The position numbers were made by a program, and so were the translations under genes. From Conexivisphaerales archaeon (GTDB lineage: Archaea; Thermoproteota; Nitrososphaeria; Conexivisphaerales; DTJL01): a DNA stretch of 64,000 bases. Of the stretch, positions 55,808 to 64,000 are shown in pieces. The stretch is from the NCBI GenBank assembly GCA_035543015.1, contig DATKKG010000063.1, positions 4,798 through 68,797 of the forward strand, in the 5' to 3' direction. The stretch's first letter is position 1; every line of letters starts with the position of its first letter. A model generated the notes under the pieces. The model was not told where the DNA came from. It saw nothing but the letters and a program-made list of their open reading frames with translations, and made no database searches.

Positions 55808-56944
55808 CTATATCTTCCAGTCGATGTCGACGGTCTCCTTGCGCACGAAGACCGTAATCAGTCCCCAGACCATGGCGACGAACCAGACCGGTGAGTAGAC
55901 GATGTAGTAGAGGAGGAAGTAGACCGGATTGAAATGGTACCCGAGCCTACGCGTGAAGTAGAGGTAGACAAAGGAGTACCCCATGAGGCCCACCAGAAGA
56001 GAGAGCCCGATGCTGAAGAGGTTCGGCAGGGCGCCGTAGGGAATGAAGGCGGGTATGAAGATCGGGAATGACCTCGAAGAAAGGGTCAACATGAGCAGGG
56101 CGAACAGGTCGATGGCCGCCACGTTCTTGAAGGTGAGACCGAAGAGGGCGCTCAGGACGGCGGGGAAGATCATGATCAGCGCGGTGCCGAGAATACCCGG
56201 GTGCCTCTTGAGAGCCGAGAAGAGCGGCCGGTAGTTGTCGTGGAACCAGACCGAGGTCCCGTAGGCCCACCTCTTCCGTTGGGCCCACCATCTCTTCAGG
56301 GTCGGGGGGGCGAAGGTGTCCACCTGGATGTCGTCGGCGTACTTGAAGCTGAGGTCGTGAAGGTAGGCCCTGAGACCCAGGTCGAGGTCTTCGGATATGA
56401 CCGCCTTGAAACCGCCTATCCTGGCATAGGCTTCCCTCGTGATGGCGAAGCCGGCGCCGTTGACGCCCAAGGTCTTCTTCATCCTCCGAGCCATCATCCA
56501 GTTCGCCGCGTTGAACCCCACGTACTCATAGTAGATGATGTTGGAGAGGAGGCCCTCTATCACCACGCCCTTCTTCATCTCGAGCATGTCGAAGCCCCTG
56601 ATCTGCGAGGCTGTCCTAGATATGAGATCGGGGGTCTTGATCACGATGTCCGAATCGAGGAAGATCAGGACGTCGCCGCTCGAAGAGGAGTAGCAGTCGT
56701 CTATGGCCCTGACCTTGCCCCTTCTGCGGTCGCTGAGCTTGAAGCGGACGTCCCGTCCGAACCTCTCAACGAGCTCCATCGACTTCTCCGTGGGCTCGTC
56801 TATGGCTACTATGATCTCCTTCGCCGGATGCGGGTCCGCGACGAGCTTGCCGAGGGTGTCTTCGAGGGTCTTAGACCAGCCTAGCACAGGCACAATGACT
56901 GACACCCTCTCGGACGGAGAGGGCGATACCTCGGACACGCGCAT
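55808..56944 (-). CDS. Membrane-bound family 2 glycosyltransferase (processive type)
   Basis: VSVIVPV start, DSD motif, and the Q..RW-type motif QRKRWAYG. The C-terminus has multiple TM segments. Confidence 0.75.
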   Translation of the reverse strand: MRVSEVSPSPSERVSVIVPVLGWSKTLEDTLGKLVADPHPAKEIIVAIDEPTEKSMELVERFGRDVRFKLSDRRRGKVRAIDDCYSSSSGDVLIFLDSDIVIKTPDLISRTASQIRGFDMLEMKKGVVIEGLLSNIIYYEYVGFNAANWMMARRMKKTLGVNGAGFAITREAYARIGGFKAVISEDLDLGLRAYLHDLSFKYADDIQVDTFAPPTLKRWWAQRKRWAYGTSVWFHDNYRPLFSALKRHPGILGTALIMIFPAVLSALFGLTFKNVAAIDLFALLMLTLSSRSFPIFIPAFIPYGALPNLFSIGLSLLVGLMGYSFVYLYFTRRLGYHFNPVYFLLYYIVYSPVWFVAMVWGLITVFVRKETVDIDWKI

Positions 56945-57051
56945 GACCCTTGGTAGCGCTTGTCCAAACGCGACTTTAAAAGCATACCTCCGCGAACCCC
57001 CCGAATCGCGCTGAAGCCTTAAATCGCCTGGTCCGAAGTGAGGTTCGAGCT

Positions 57052-58074
57052 ATGAGCGGCGTGCAGGGAAGGAAGCCGAAGGCCATGGTGCTGCTCTCGG
57101 GCGGCCTGGACAGCACCCTTGCCCTCGCCATGATGAAAGAGATGGGCGTCGACGTCATAGCCGTAAGCTTCAAGACGCCATTCTGCAACTTCGACTGCGG
57201 AAGCGGAGCCTGCGGAGGCAAGATCGGCGACACCACGCTGAAGTATGGCGTCGAATGGAAGCCGGTGAGCTTGGGCACGGAGTATCTCGATATCGTGAGG
57301 AAGCCGCGCCACGGGCACGGCAGCGCCTTGAACCCCTGCGTCGACTGCCGGGTCATGATGTACGGCAGGGCGAAGGCGATGATGAAGGAGCTCGGCGCGG
57401 ACTTCATAGTCACGGGGGAGGTCGTCGGCCAGAGGCCCATGAGCCAGAACCGCCAGGCACTGGACATCATCGAAAGGGAGTCGGGGCTGCAGGGGCTCAT
57501 CCTGCGACCCCTTTGCGCCCAGCTGATGGAGCCCACCATCCCCGAGAAGGAGGGGTGGGTGGACAGGTCCAGGCTGCTATCGGTCGAAGGGAGGAGCAGG
57601 AGGGTGCAGATCCAGATGGCGAAGTCGATCGGCTGGAAGGAGTACCCCAACCCTTCAGGGGGATGCCTCCTCACGGAGAAGGGCTTCGCACGCCGGCTCA
57701 AGGACCTCTTTGAGCATGAGCAACACCCTGACCAGAACGACATAGACCTGCTGAAGGTGGGGAGACACCTGAGGCTGGAGCAGGGGGCTAAGCTCGTCGT
57801 GGGCAGGGACGTCCTCGAGAACAGCGAGATATCGGCGCTCGCCAGGGAGGACGACGTCCTCATGGAAGTCGAGAAGATACCGGGCCCCATGGGCCTCCTG
57901 AGGGGAAGGTTTGGCGAGCCGCAGGTGGTCGTCGCCGCCTCCGTCGTGGCGCGGTACAGCGACGCCCCCAGGGACGTGGAGGCGAAGGTCTCCTGCAGGC
58001 TGAAGTCTGCGGCCGCCAGCTCGGTCTCCGTCATGCCCATGGCCGCGGCTGAAGTCGCCAAGTTGATCCTCTAG
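57052..58074 (+). CDS. PP-loop ATP-pyrophosphatase family protein (ThiI/MnmA-like, putative tRNA thiolation enzyme)
   Basis: LLSGGLDSTLA PP-loop, Cys motifs CNFDCGSGAC and NPCVDC, and TGEVVGQRPMSQ. Confidence 0.55.
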   Translation: MSGVQGRKPKAMVLLSGGLDSTLALAMMKEMGVDVIAVSFKTPFCNFDCGSGACGGKIGDTTLKYGVEWKPVSLGTEYLDIVRKPRHGHGSALNPCVDCRVMMYGRAKAMMKELGADFIVTGEVVGQRPMSQNRQALDIIERESGLQGLILRPLCAQLMEPTIPEKEGWVDRSRLLSVEGRSRRVQIQMAKSIGWKEYPNPSGGCLLTEKGFARRLKDLFEHEQHPDQNDIDLLKVGRHLRLEQGAKLVVGRDVLENSEISALAREDDVLMEVEKIPGPMGLLRGRFGEPQVVVAASVVARYSDAPRDVEAKVSCRLKSAAASSVSVMPMAAAEVAKLIL

Positions 58075-58123
58075 GGAGCTAGCCATGCGCGGCATTTACT
58101 CTCACAAATCTTATATTGCACCA

Positions 58124-58145
58124 ATGCCGAATCTGTGTTCGGCAT
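58124..58145 (+). promoter_or_regulatory. Perfect 8-bp inverted repeat (ATGCCGAA n6 TTCGGCAT) covering the start codon of the RAM-domain gene
   Basis: Read directly from the sequence. It lies between the CTTATATT box (about 58109) and the ATG at 58144, which sits inside the 3' arm. Confidence 0.4.
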
Positions 58146-58374
58146 GCCAATTGCATTCGTGTTACTGAACGTAGAGCCAGGGGGAGAGGACGAGGTTTTG
58201 CAGTCCCTCAAGACTATCCCTGAGGTCAGGGAAGCCTATCGCGTCTACGGGGTCTACGACACCGTGGTCAAGATTGAGGCCGGCACGGCGGAGAAGCTGA
58301 AGGAGCTGATCACCTGGAAGGTCAGGCGCCTGAACAAGGTGCGCTCCACGCTGACGATGCTGGCCGTCGAATAG
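58144..58374 (+). CDS. Stand-alone Lrp/AsnC ligand-binding (RAM) domain protein, no HTH
   Basis: AFVLLNVEPG.EDEVLQSLKTIPEVREAYRVYGVYDTVVKIE is typical of the AsnC_trans_reg domain. The protein is only 76 aa. Confidence 0.7.
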   Translation: MPIAFVLLNVEPGGEDEVLQSLKTIPEVREAYRVYGVYDTVVKIEAGTAEKLKELITWKVRRLNKVRSTLTMLAVE

Positions 58375-58455
58375 GGCGGCCCTTCGAGAAGCAAGCCCAC
58401 ATAGCCGCCGAAATCTTTAAGCCCACTAGCCGGACCCAACCACAGGGTGTAGTCA

Positions 58456-61128
58456 ATGACAGTGGGCCTTCAGGTCTATACGTTCAGTGAAGCCACGGCG
58501 CTCGGTCTCTCGAAGTTTGAGTTGGGAGGCAAGGGCTTCGGCCTCGTCGAGATGACGAAGCTGGGCCTCCCGGTGCCGCCGGGGATCGTGATAACCACCG
58601 GGATGTGCAAGGAGTACTTCAAAGCCGGCAGGAAGTTCCCGGAGGGCTTCGAAGCGAAGGTCAAGGAGAAGGTGAAGGTGCTGGAGGCGACCAGCGGCAA
58701 GAGGTTCGGGGACCCAAAGTACCCGCTTCTGGTGTCGATCAGGTCTGGTGCTCCGTTCTCCATGCCAGGCATGATGGACACCATCCTCAACCTGGGGATA
58801 AACGACAAGACGGTCGAGGACGTCGCTAGGGTGTTCGACGACCCCAGGTTCGCCTATGACACCTACAGGCGTTTCCTCCAGCTCTTCGGCAAGATAGTGA
58901 TGAAGGTCCCCGGCGAAGAGTTCGAGAAGATAATCGACGAGGAGAAGGCGAAGGCGGGGGTCGGGAGCGACGTCGAGATGTCCGCCGGCTCCTGGAAGGA
59001 GGTGGCCCGGCGCTTCAAGGCGCTGATCAAGGAGAGGACGGGCAAGGAGGTCCCCCAGGACCCCATGGAGCAGCTGTTCATGGCGGTGGCCGCAGTCTTC
59101 GACTCATGGTACAACCCGAGGGCCGCCGAGTACAGGAAGATTTACAAGATCTCCGAGGAGCTGGGGACCGCCGTCAACATCGTCGTAATGGTCTTCGGGA
59201 ACATGGACGACCAGTCGGCGACCGGCGTCGCATTCACGCGCAACCCCTCGACGGGCGAGAACAAGTTCTACGGGGAGTACCTGGTGAAGGCCCAGGGCGA
59301 AGACGTGGTGGCCGGGATAAGGACCCCGCAGCCCATCGACACCCTCCAGCAGTACCTGCCGCAGGCCTTCGCGGAGTTCCTGGAGATCTCCAGCAAGCTG
59401 GAGGGCTACTTCAAGGACATGCAGGACATCGAGTTCACGATCGAAAGGGGGAAGCTCTACATGCTGCAGACGCGGACGGGGAAGAGGACCGCCCAGGCGG
59501 CGGTGCAGATCGCCACGGATATGGTGGAGGAGGGCCTGATCTCAAAGGAGGAGGCGATAGGTCGCATCGACCCGGCCCAGTTCGAGCAGCTCCTGCACAA
59601 GCAGATCGACCCCAGCTACAAGGGCGTGCCGATAGCCCAGGGCCTAGCGGCCTCGCCGGGCGCGGCATCGGGCAGGGCGGTGTTCACCGTGGAGGAGGCC
59701 GTGAAGGCCAGGGAGAGGGGCGAGGCGGTGATTCTGGTGCGTCCGGAGACTGCCCCCGAGGACATCTCGGGCATGGTGGCGTCCGAAGGCGTGCTGACGA
59801 GCAGGGGAGGGAAGACGAGCCACGCGGCGGTCGTTTCAAGGGGGATGGGCAAGCCCTGCATCGCGGGGGCTGAGGAGGTCAAGATAGACCTCGAGAAGGA
59901 GACGTTCACTTCGAGAGGGCAGAAGGTCAGGAAGGGAGACATAATCACCATCGACGGCGGGACGGGCCTGGTCTTCGTCGGCAGCGTACCCGTGGTCGAG
60001 CCCGAGCTGACGCCCTCGGTCAACAGCCTTCTCTCCTGGGCCGACGCGATCAGGCGGCTGAAGATACGAGCCAACGCCGACACCCCCGCAATGGCCTTGG
60101 CGGCGAGGAAGAACGGGGCGCAGGGGATCGGCCTCTGCAGGACCGAAAGGATGTTCAACGCGCCTGCCAGGCTGCCCATCGTGCAGGCCATGATAGTGGC
60201 CGACACCAAGGAGGAGAGGCAGGTCCAGCTGGACAAGCTTGAGCCGCTTCAGAAGAGCGACTTCGAGGAGATCCTCAGGGCGATGGAGGGCCTCCCCGTG
60301 ACCATCAGGCTGATGGACCTCCCGCTGCACGAGTTCCTGCCCAAGTTCGAGGAGCTCCTCCCCGAAGTCCTGCAGATGCGCATGACGAACCCCGGATCGC
60401 CCGAGCTTCCCGCCAAGGAGAGGCTCCTGAAGCGCGTGACGCAGCTGCAGGAGCACAACCCGATGCTGGGCCACAGGGGCGTTAGGGTGGCGATGTCGTA
60501 CCCGGAGATATACCGGATGCAGGTCCGCGCCATATTCGAAGCGGCGGCCGAACTGGTCAAGAAGAAGGTCCAGGTGGAGCCGGAGATCATGATTCCGCAG
60601 GTGGCGGAGGCAGAGGAGTTCCGCATCGCCAGGCAGATAGTGGACGAAGTCGCCGCCGAGGTGACGGCGAAGGAGGGAGTCGAAGTGGAGTACCGCGTGG
60701 GGACCATGGTGGAGACGCCGAGGGCCGCGCTGACGGCAGACAAGATAGCCAAGTACGCCCAGTTCTTCTCCTTCGGCACGAACGACCTGACCCAGGCGAC
60801 GTTCGCCTTCAGCAGGGACGACGTCGAAGGGAAGTTCATGCCGCTCTACCTCAGCCTGAAGATACTGCCGTTCAACCCGTTCGAGTCGCTGGACCCCGAC
60901 GGCGTGGCGCGCCTCATGGGCATAGCGGTGAAGGACGGCAGGAAGGCGAACCCCGAGCTGACCATTGGCATATGCGGGGAACACGGCGGGGACCCCAAGT
61001 CGATAGCCATCGCCGACTCCCTCGGGCTGGACTATGTGAGCTGCTCGCCCTACAGGGTCCCTGTGGCGAGGCTGGCAGCGGCCCAGGCGACGATCCAGGA
61101 GAAGCTGCAGACTAGGTCCTCCGTCTAG
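58456..61128 (+). CDS. ppdK: Pyruvate, phosphate dikinase
   Basis: 890 aa. Has GGKGFGL, the phospho-His site GGKTSHAAVVSRGMGKPC, and a C-terminal FFSFGTNDLTQ. Confidence 0.95.
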   Translation: MTVGLQVYTFSEATALGLSKFELGGKGFGLVEMTKLGLPVPPGIVITTGMCKEYFKAGRKFPEGFEAKVKEKVKVLEATSGKRFGDPKYPLLVSIRSGAPFSMPGMMDTILNLGINDKTVEDVARVFDDPRFAYDTYRRFLQLFGKIVMKVPGEEFEKIIDEEKAKAGVGSDVEMSAGSWKEVARRFKALIKERTGKEVPQDPMEQLFMAVAAVFDSWYNPRAAEYRKIYKISEELGTAVNIVVMVFGNMDDQSATGVAFTRNPSTGENKFYGEYLVKAQGEDVVAGIRTPQPIDTLQQYLPQAFAEFLEISSKLEGYFKDMQDIEFTIERGKLYMLQTRTGKRTAQAAVQIATDMVEEGLISKEEAIGRIDPAQFEQLLHKQIDPSYKGVPIAQGLAASPGAASGRAVFTVEEAVKARERGEAVILVRPETAPEDISGMVASEGVLTSRGGKTSHAAVVSRGMGKPCIAGAEEVKIDLEKETFTSRGQKVRKGDIITIDGGTGLVFVGSVPVVEPELTPSVNSLLSWADAIRRLKIRANADTPAMALAARKNGAQGIGLCRTERMFNAPARLPIVQAMIVADTKEERQVQLDKLEPLQKSDFEEILRAMEGLPVTIRLMDLPLHEFLPKFEELLPEVLQMRMTNPGSPELPAKERLLKRVTQLQEHNPMLGHRGVRVAMSYPEIYRMQVRAIFEAAAELVKKKVQVEPEIMIPQVAEAEEFRIARQIVDEVAAEVTAKEGVEVEYRVGTMVETPRAALTADKIAKYAQFFSFGTNDLTQATFAFSRDDVEGKFMPLYLSLKILPFNPFESLDPDGVARLMGIAVKDGRKANPELTIGICGEHGGDPKSIAIADSLGLDYVSCSPYRVPVARLAAAQATIQEKLQTRSSV

Positions 61129-61147
61129 GGCCCGGGGCGTCCCCTAT

Positions 61148-61158
61148 CATTTAATAAA
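61148..61158 (+). promoter_or_regulatory. TATA-like box for tRNA-Arg(CCU)
   Basis: CATTTAATAAA, centred about 30 nt upstream of position 61184. Confidence 0.5.
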
Positions 61159-61183
61159 CCGGCTCCGCCGACTCGTCCGATGC

Positions 61184-61294
61184 GGGCCCGTAGCGCAGTC
61201 CCGCCGCGAGGCGGGGCGAACTATGGATAGCGCGAACGCCTCCTATCCCATGGGGGAGAGCGTTAGGCCGTGGGTCCAAATCCCACCGGGCCCG
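61184..61294 (+). tRNA. tRNA-Arg(CCU) with two introns (D-loop about 61199-61220; canonical 37/38 at 61246-61258)
   Basis: The spliced product is GGGCCCG UA GCGC AGCUAUGGAUA GCGC G AACGC CUCCUAA GCGUU AGGCC GUGGG UCCAAAU CCCAC CGGGCCC G. A BHB bounds the 13-nt intron. The D-loop insert is a 6-bp GNRA hairpin. Confidence 0.75.
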
Positions 61295-61428
61295 CTCTCA
61301 TCCTCCGTCCCAAACCCAGGTTCCAGGAGCCACGCGTCTCACAGGCTCCCCGAACAATCTTTTTCAATGCGCATGCGGAAGGGACACCGTCGATAGGCCA
61401 TGGAAGCCCTCTCCGGAGTCGTGTCGCC

Positions 61429-62574
61429 TTGAGCAAGGTCGACTACATCAACCGTATCTTCGAAAACCTGAATGATGTGGACGTCGCGGAGGTCGAGCCG
61501 TTCTACCATGACCTCACGAGCGCCGGAGTGATCATACCAAGCGGCGAAGGAAGGTCGAAGGGGGCCATCTCGGTCGCCTGCAGCGAGCTCGCCAAGATGA
61601 GCTACGGGAAGAGGGTGCTCGACAGGGGGGACATCGGCTTCCCGGCCACCGACATAGCCTTGGCAGCCCCCATCCTGAGAAGGAAGTACGGCCAGGTATG
61701 CCTCCTCATCAATTCCAGCAGCGGCAAGTCGCTCACCCCGCTGCTCGACGCCCAGAAGCTGGGGATCTACCTGGAGAACACGGGGCAGGCCAGGGACTTC
61801 AGGATCGACCTCATCACGTCCGACCCCGAGTCTCCGATGGCGAAGCTGTCCGCAAAGTACGGCAACATGATAGTCCTGAAGAGCAGGGAGGAGGCGGACG
61901 CCCTGGTGGAAGCCAAGGAGTTCAAGAGCTTCGGGATACTCGAGGATATGTTCTCGCTGGCCAGCGGGCTGCTGGCCCACGGCATGGTCGAAGCCATGTG
62001 GGAGGAGGCGCCCGCCACGAAGGTGCTCCCCATCGTGAAGGGGATGTCGGAGGAGATATCGACGCTGATGGACGATTTCGTCGGGTCGGAGTACTTCGAG
62101 CACCTCATCGATTCCCTGGAGAAGAGGAACACCTGCTTCTTCGCCGGCCTCGGAAGCAGCAAGGAGGTCGTAAGGATGGCCGCAGTCAGGGTCGGGCATG
62201 TCAAGAGGGCCCTGGGAGACCTCGTCTACGTCTCGGGCGACTCGAACATCCCTCCGCCCAGGGCCGGGGATACCATCATAGTCGTGTCGATGAGCGGCGA
62301 GACGGAGATAGTGGCCGGCTGGTGCAGGAACTTCAAGAAGATGGGAGGGGAGATCGCCTCCATCGTGGGCACCCCGGACAGCACAATCGGGTCCCTCTCC
62401 GACCGCACCTACGTGTTGAAGGGGGACTGGAAACCGGGGACCCCGAGCAGCTTCTACATGAAGGCGGCCTATCTGCTCAGCCCGCTGCCCATCTACCTGG
62501 TGGAGCGCGTCGAGCGACGAGGGCTCAAGCTGCCGGAGAACATACTAAGGTGGCACAGGTCGGTAATATCCTAG
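61429..62574 (+). CDS. Double SIS-domain sugar-phosphate isomerase/binding protein
   Basis: Two SIS-like units (IIPSGEGRSKG...LLINSSSGKS and FFAGLGSS...IIVVSMSGET). The TTG at 61429 is the first in-frame start clear of the tRNA gene. Confidence 0.5.
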   Translation: MSKVDYINRIFENLNDVDVAEVEPFYHDLTSAGVIIPSGEGRSKGAISVACSELAKMSYGKRVLDRGDIGFPATDIALAAPILRRKYGQVCLLINSSSGKSLTPLLDAQKLGIYLENTGQARDFRIDLITSDPESPMAKLSAKYGNMIVLKSREEADALVEAKEFKSFGILEDMFSLASGLLAHGMVEAMWEEAPATKVLPIVKGMSEEISTLMDDFVGSEYFEHLIDSLEKRNTCFFAGLGSSKEVVRMAAVRVGHVKRALGDLVYVSGDSNIPPPRAGDTIIVVSMSGETEIVAGWCRNFKKMGGEIASIVGTPDSTIGSLSDRTYVLKGDWKPGTPSSFYMKAAYLLSPLPIYLVERVERRGLKLPENILRWHRSVIS

Positions 62575-62575
62575 C

Positions 62576-63628
62576 CTAGTCGACCGAAGTCCTCAGAGGG
62601 AGGGTCATCTTCTCGACGTCGGTGAGGCTGTCGTAGTACTCCTTCATCCAGGGGAGTATGTCCCTGCCCACGAGGTGGAGGAAGCGGTGCTCGTTGGGGG
62701 ACGCGCTGTGGATGTAGACGCGGTTGAAGCCCATCTTCAGGAACTCGCCCAGCCTCTTGATGATGTCGTCCGAGTTGTCCGTAATGAGCCAGGTCTTCTT
62801 GATCCCCTCCAGCGCCTCGGGCCCAACGTTGGCCTCCAGCTCCCTGGGGTCTGAGATGTTCTCGCGGATATCCTTCGGGATGGCAGTGGGGGCCCAGTAT
62901 GACGCGGACTTGAAGGCCCTGTCGTAGTCCACATCGTAGGAGACCTTGAACTCGAGGCAGGTGCCCAGCTTCGAGGGGTCCTTACCTGCCGCCACGGCAG
63001 CCTCCTGCATGGACTTCAGTATGGAGATGTGGTTCTCGAGCCCCCTCGGGTTGGTCAGGATGCCGTCCCCCAGGCGGCCGGCGAGGGCCGCCACCTTCTC
63101 GTTGGCGGTGGCGAGGTAGATCGGTATCTTCTTCTTGGGAGGGGTGTAGAGTTTCGCGTTCGAGAGCTTGTAGTACTTCCCGTCGAAGTTCACGAAGTCA
63201 CCCTTCCAGAGGAGTTGGATTATCTCGACGGCTTCCTCAAGCATCGCTATCCTTTCGCTCGCCTTGGGCCAGCTGAACCCCAGAGGGACTTCATTCATCT
63301 TGTGGCCCGTGCCCAGCGTGATGAAGATCCTGCCTGGGAACAGGTAGTCGAGGGTGGCGAAGGCTTGGGCGACTATGGCGGGGTGATAGCGCTCTGTGGG
63401 CGTCGTGACGGCCGTTCCCACTTCGGTGCTCCTCGTCTGGCTGGCAGCCGCCGCCATCCAGACCCACGGAAAGACGGCCTGGCCATCCTTGTCCCTCCAG
63501 GGGAGGAAGTGATCGCTCACCGCGATCATGTCGAATCCGACGACCTCTGCCTCCTTGGCGTACTGGATTAGAAGATCGGGATTGTGCTGCTCCGCGGCAG
63601 CCCAGTACCCCACCCTCAGCTTAGGCAC
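62576..63628 (-). CDS. LLM-class F420-dependent oxidoreductase (glucose-6-phosphate dehydrogenase-like subfamily)
   Basis: Motifs VGYWAAAEQH.P..L...A..AE..GFD...VSDHF.PW and ITLGTGH. Confidence 0.7.
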   Translation of the reverse strand: MPKLRVGYWAAAEQHNPDLLIQYAKEAEVVGFDMIAVSDHFLPWRDKDGQAVFPWVWMAAAASQTRSTEVGTAVTTPTERYHPAIVAQAFATLDYLFPGRIFITLGTGHKMNEVPLGFSWPKASERIAMLEEAVEIIQLLWKGDFVNFDGKYYKLSNAKLYTPPKKKIPIYLATANEKVAALAGRLGDGILTNPRGLENHISILKSMQEAAVAAGKDPSKLGTCLEFKVSYDVDYDRAFKSASYWAPTAIPKDIRENISDPRELEANVGPEALEGIKKTWLITDNSDDIIKRLGEFLKMGFNRVYIHSASPNEHRFLHLVGRDILPWMKEYYDSLTDVEKMTLPLRTSVD

Positions 63629-63750
63629 GAGCTTTCCACGCGGGCGCTAGGTAGATATGCTTTTGGTCGGGGCTGGTCCCCGCGAGAGGTCAAAGCCGGC
63701 GGCGTCGAAAAAGGATATTCGTCGGAGGGACGACGCTAGACGCAAGCGCC

Positions 63751-64000
63751 ATGAATGAAGGCCCTGAATACGGCAATTGGGTCTCGCTGAGGCTCGTCTA
63801 CCTCCCGGCGGCGGCCGCCGTTGCTTCGCTCGCGGCCTCGTTTGCGAGCCCGCTGTTCCTGGCCCCGGCGGCCATCTTCCTTGTGGCGGCAGCCTACTTC
63901 GCCTATGCCCGCCGCCTTTTCTCGGCGCGGGGTGGGGATGTCCAGAGGACCGTCCGTGCCCTCGTTCTTGAGAATCTCGACTGGGAGGGGGAAGGGCGGG
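63751..64000 (+). CDS. 5' fragment of a probable membrane-anchored class I SAM-dependent methyltransferase (runs off the window)
   Basis: The ATG at 63751 opens a stop-free frame to the window end: MNEGPEYGNWVSLRLVY..(2 TM)..YFAYARRLFSARGGDVQRTV..LDWEGEGR. This ORF is absent from the ORF track because no stop lies within the window. Confidence 0.4.
   Translation, partial: MNEGPEYGNWVSLRLVYLPAAAAVASLAASFASPLFLAPAAIFLVAAAYFAYARRLFSARGGDVQRTVRALVLENLDWEGEGR

Noticed and set aside
61270-61428. The N-terminal 53 codons of the 434-aa ORF preceding the SIS-domain protein.
   Set aside because: This part overlaps the 3' end of the tRNA-Arg(CCU) gene (from 61270) and its downstream flank. It is Pro/Arg-rich and has no family similarity. 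The TTG at 61429 gives an N-terminus typical of SIS proteins.
1-64000. A search for CRISPR arrays, IS elements or transposases, prophage or integrase genes, rRNA, toxin-antitoxin pairs, and in-frame TAG/TGA recoding (Pyl or Sec).
   Set aside because: I saw no regularly spaced repeats, no transposase- or integrase-like ORFs and no split genes with in-frame stops while reading the window and the ORF track. This is an absence by eye only. A repeat finder and HMM scan would be needed for certainty.

Overview
This is a dense, high-GC archaeal chromosomal segment. Sampled 60-nt lines run about 60-67% G+C. I call about 66 protein genes and 5 tRNA genes. I saw no rRNA, CRISPR array, transposase or integrase. 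The archaeal origin is supported directly by PCNA, primase PriS, GINS, ribosomal proteins L44e and S27e, aIF2-alpha, Nop10, a thermosome subunit, AglB/STT3, bulge-helix-bulge tRNA introns, and A/T boxes 28-30 nt upstream of every tRNA. Content is mostly housekeeping:
- Replication and repair: PCNA, PriS, GINS, XPD, a helicase-only Hef, Dpo4, UDG.
- The sufCBD and sufSU genes.
- Two phosphohexomutases flanking thiL.
- Archaeal mevalonate-pathway genes: a UbiD-type decarboxylase and the AcnX small subunit.
- Glycine cleavage T and H, cofE plus two F420-type LLM oxidoreductases, class I fumarase, aspartase, PPDK, MetRS, TrxB and thioredoxin, and transporters.

The most unusual signals are RNA-level:
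- A tRNA-Thr(CGU) gene split by three introns at positions 27/28, 37/38 and 59/60.
- A tRNA-Arg(CCU) gene with a D-loop intron plus a 13-nt canonical intron.
- Both of these tRNAs carry a T-loop UCCAAAU, with C at position 55.
- A tRNA-Arg(UCU) with C33 and an A3:C70 mismatch, next to an AT-richer DegT-like gene.

Other oddities are a thiL whose conserved N-terminus has no ATG/GTG/TTG start, a thymidylate-kinase-like protein with a degenerate P-loop next to a SAMHD1-like HD protein, and heavy TTG start usage. All protein calls rest on motif recognition by eye. No searches were run.
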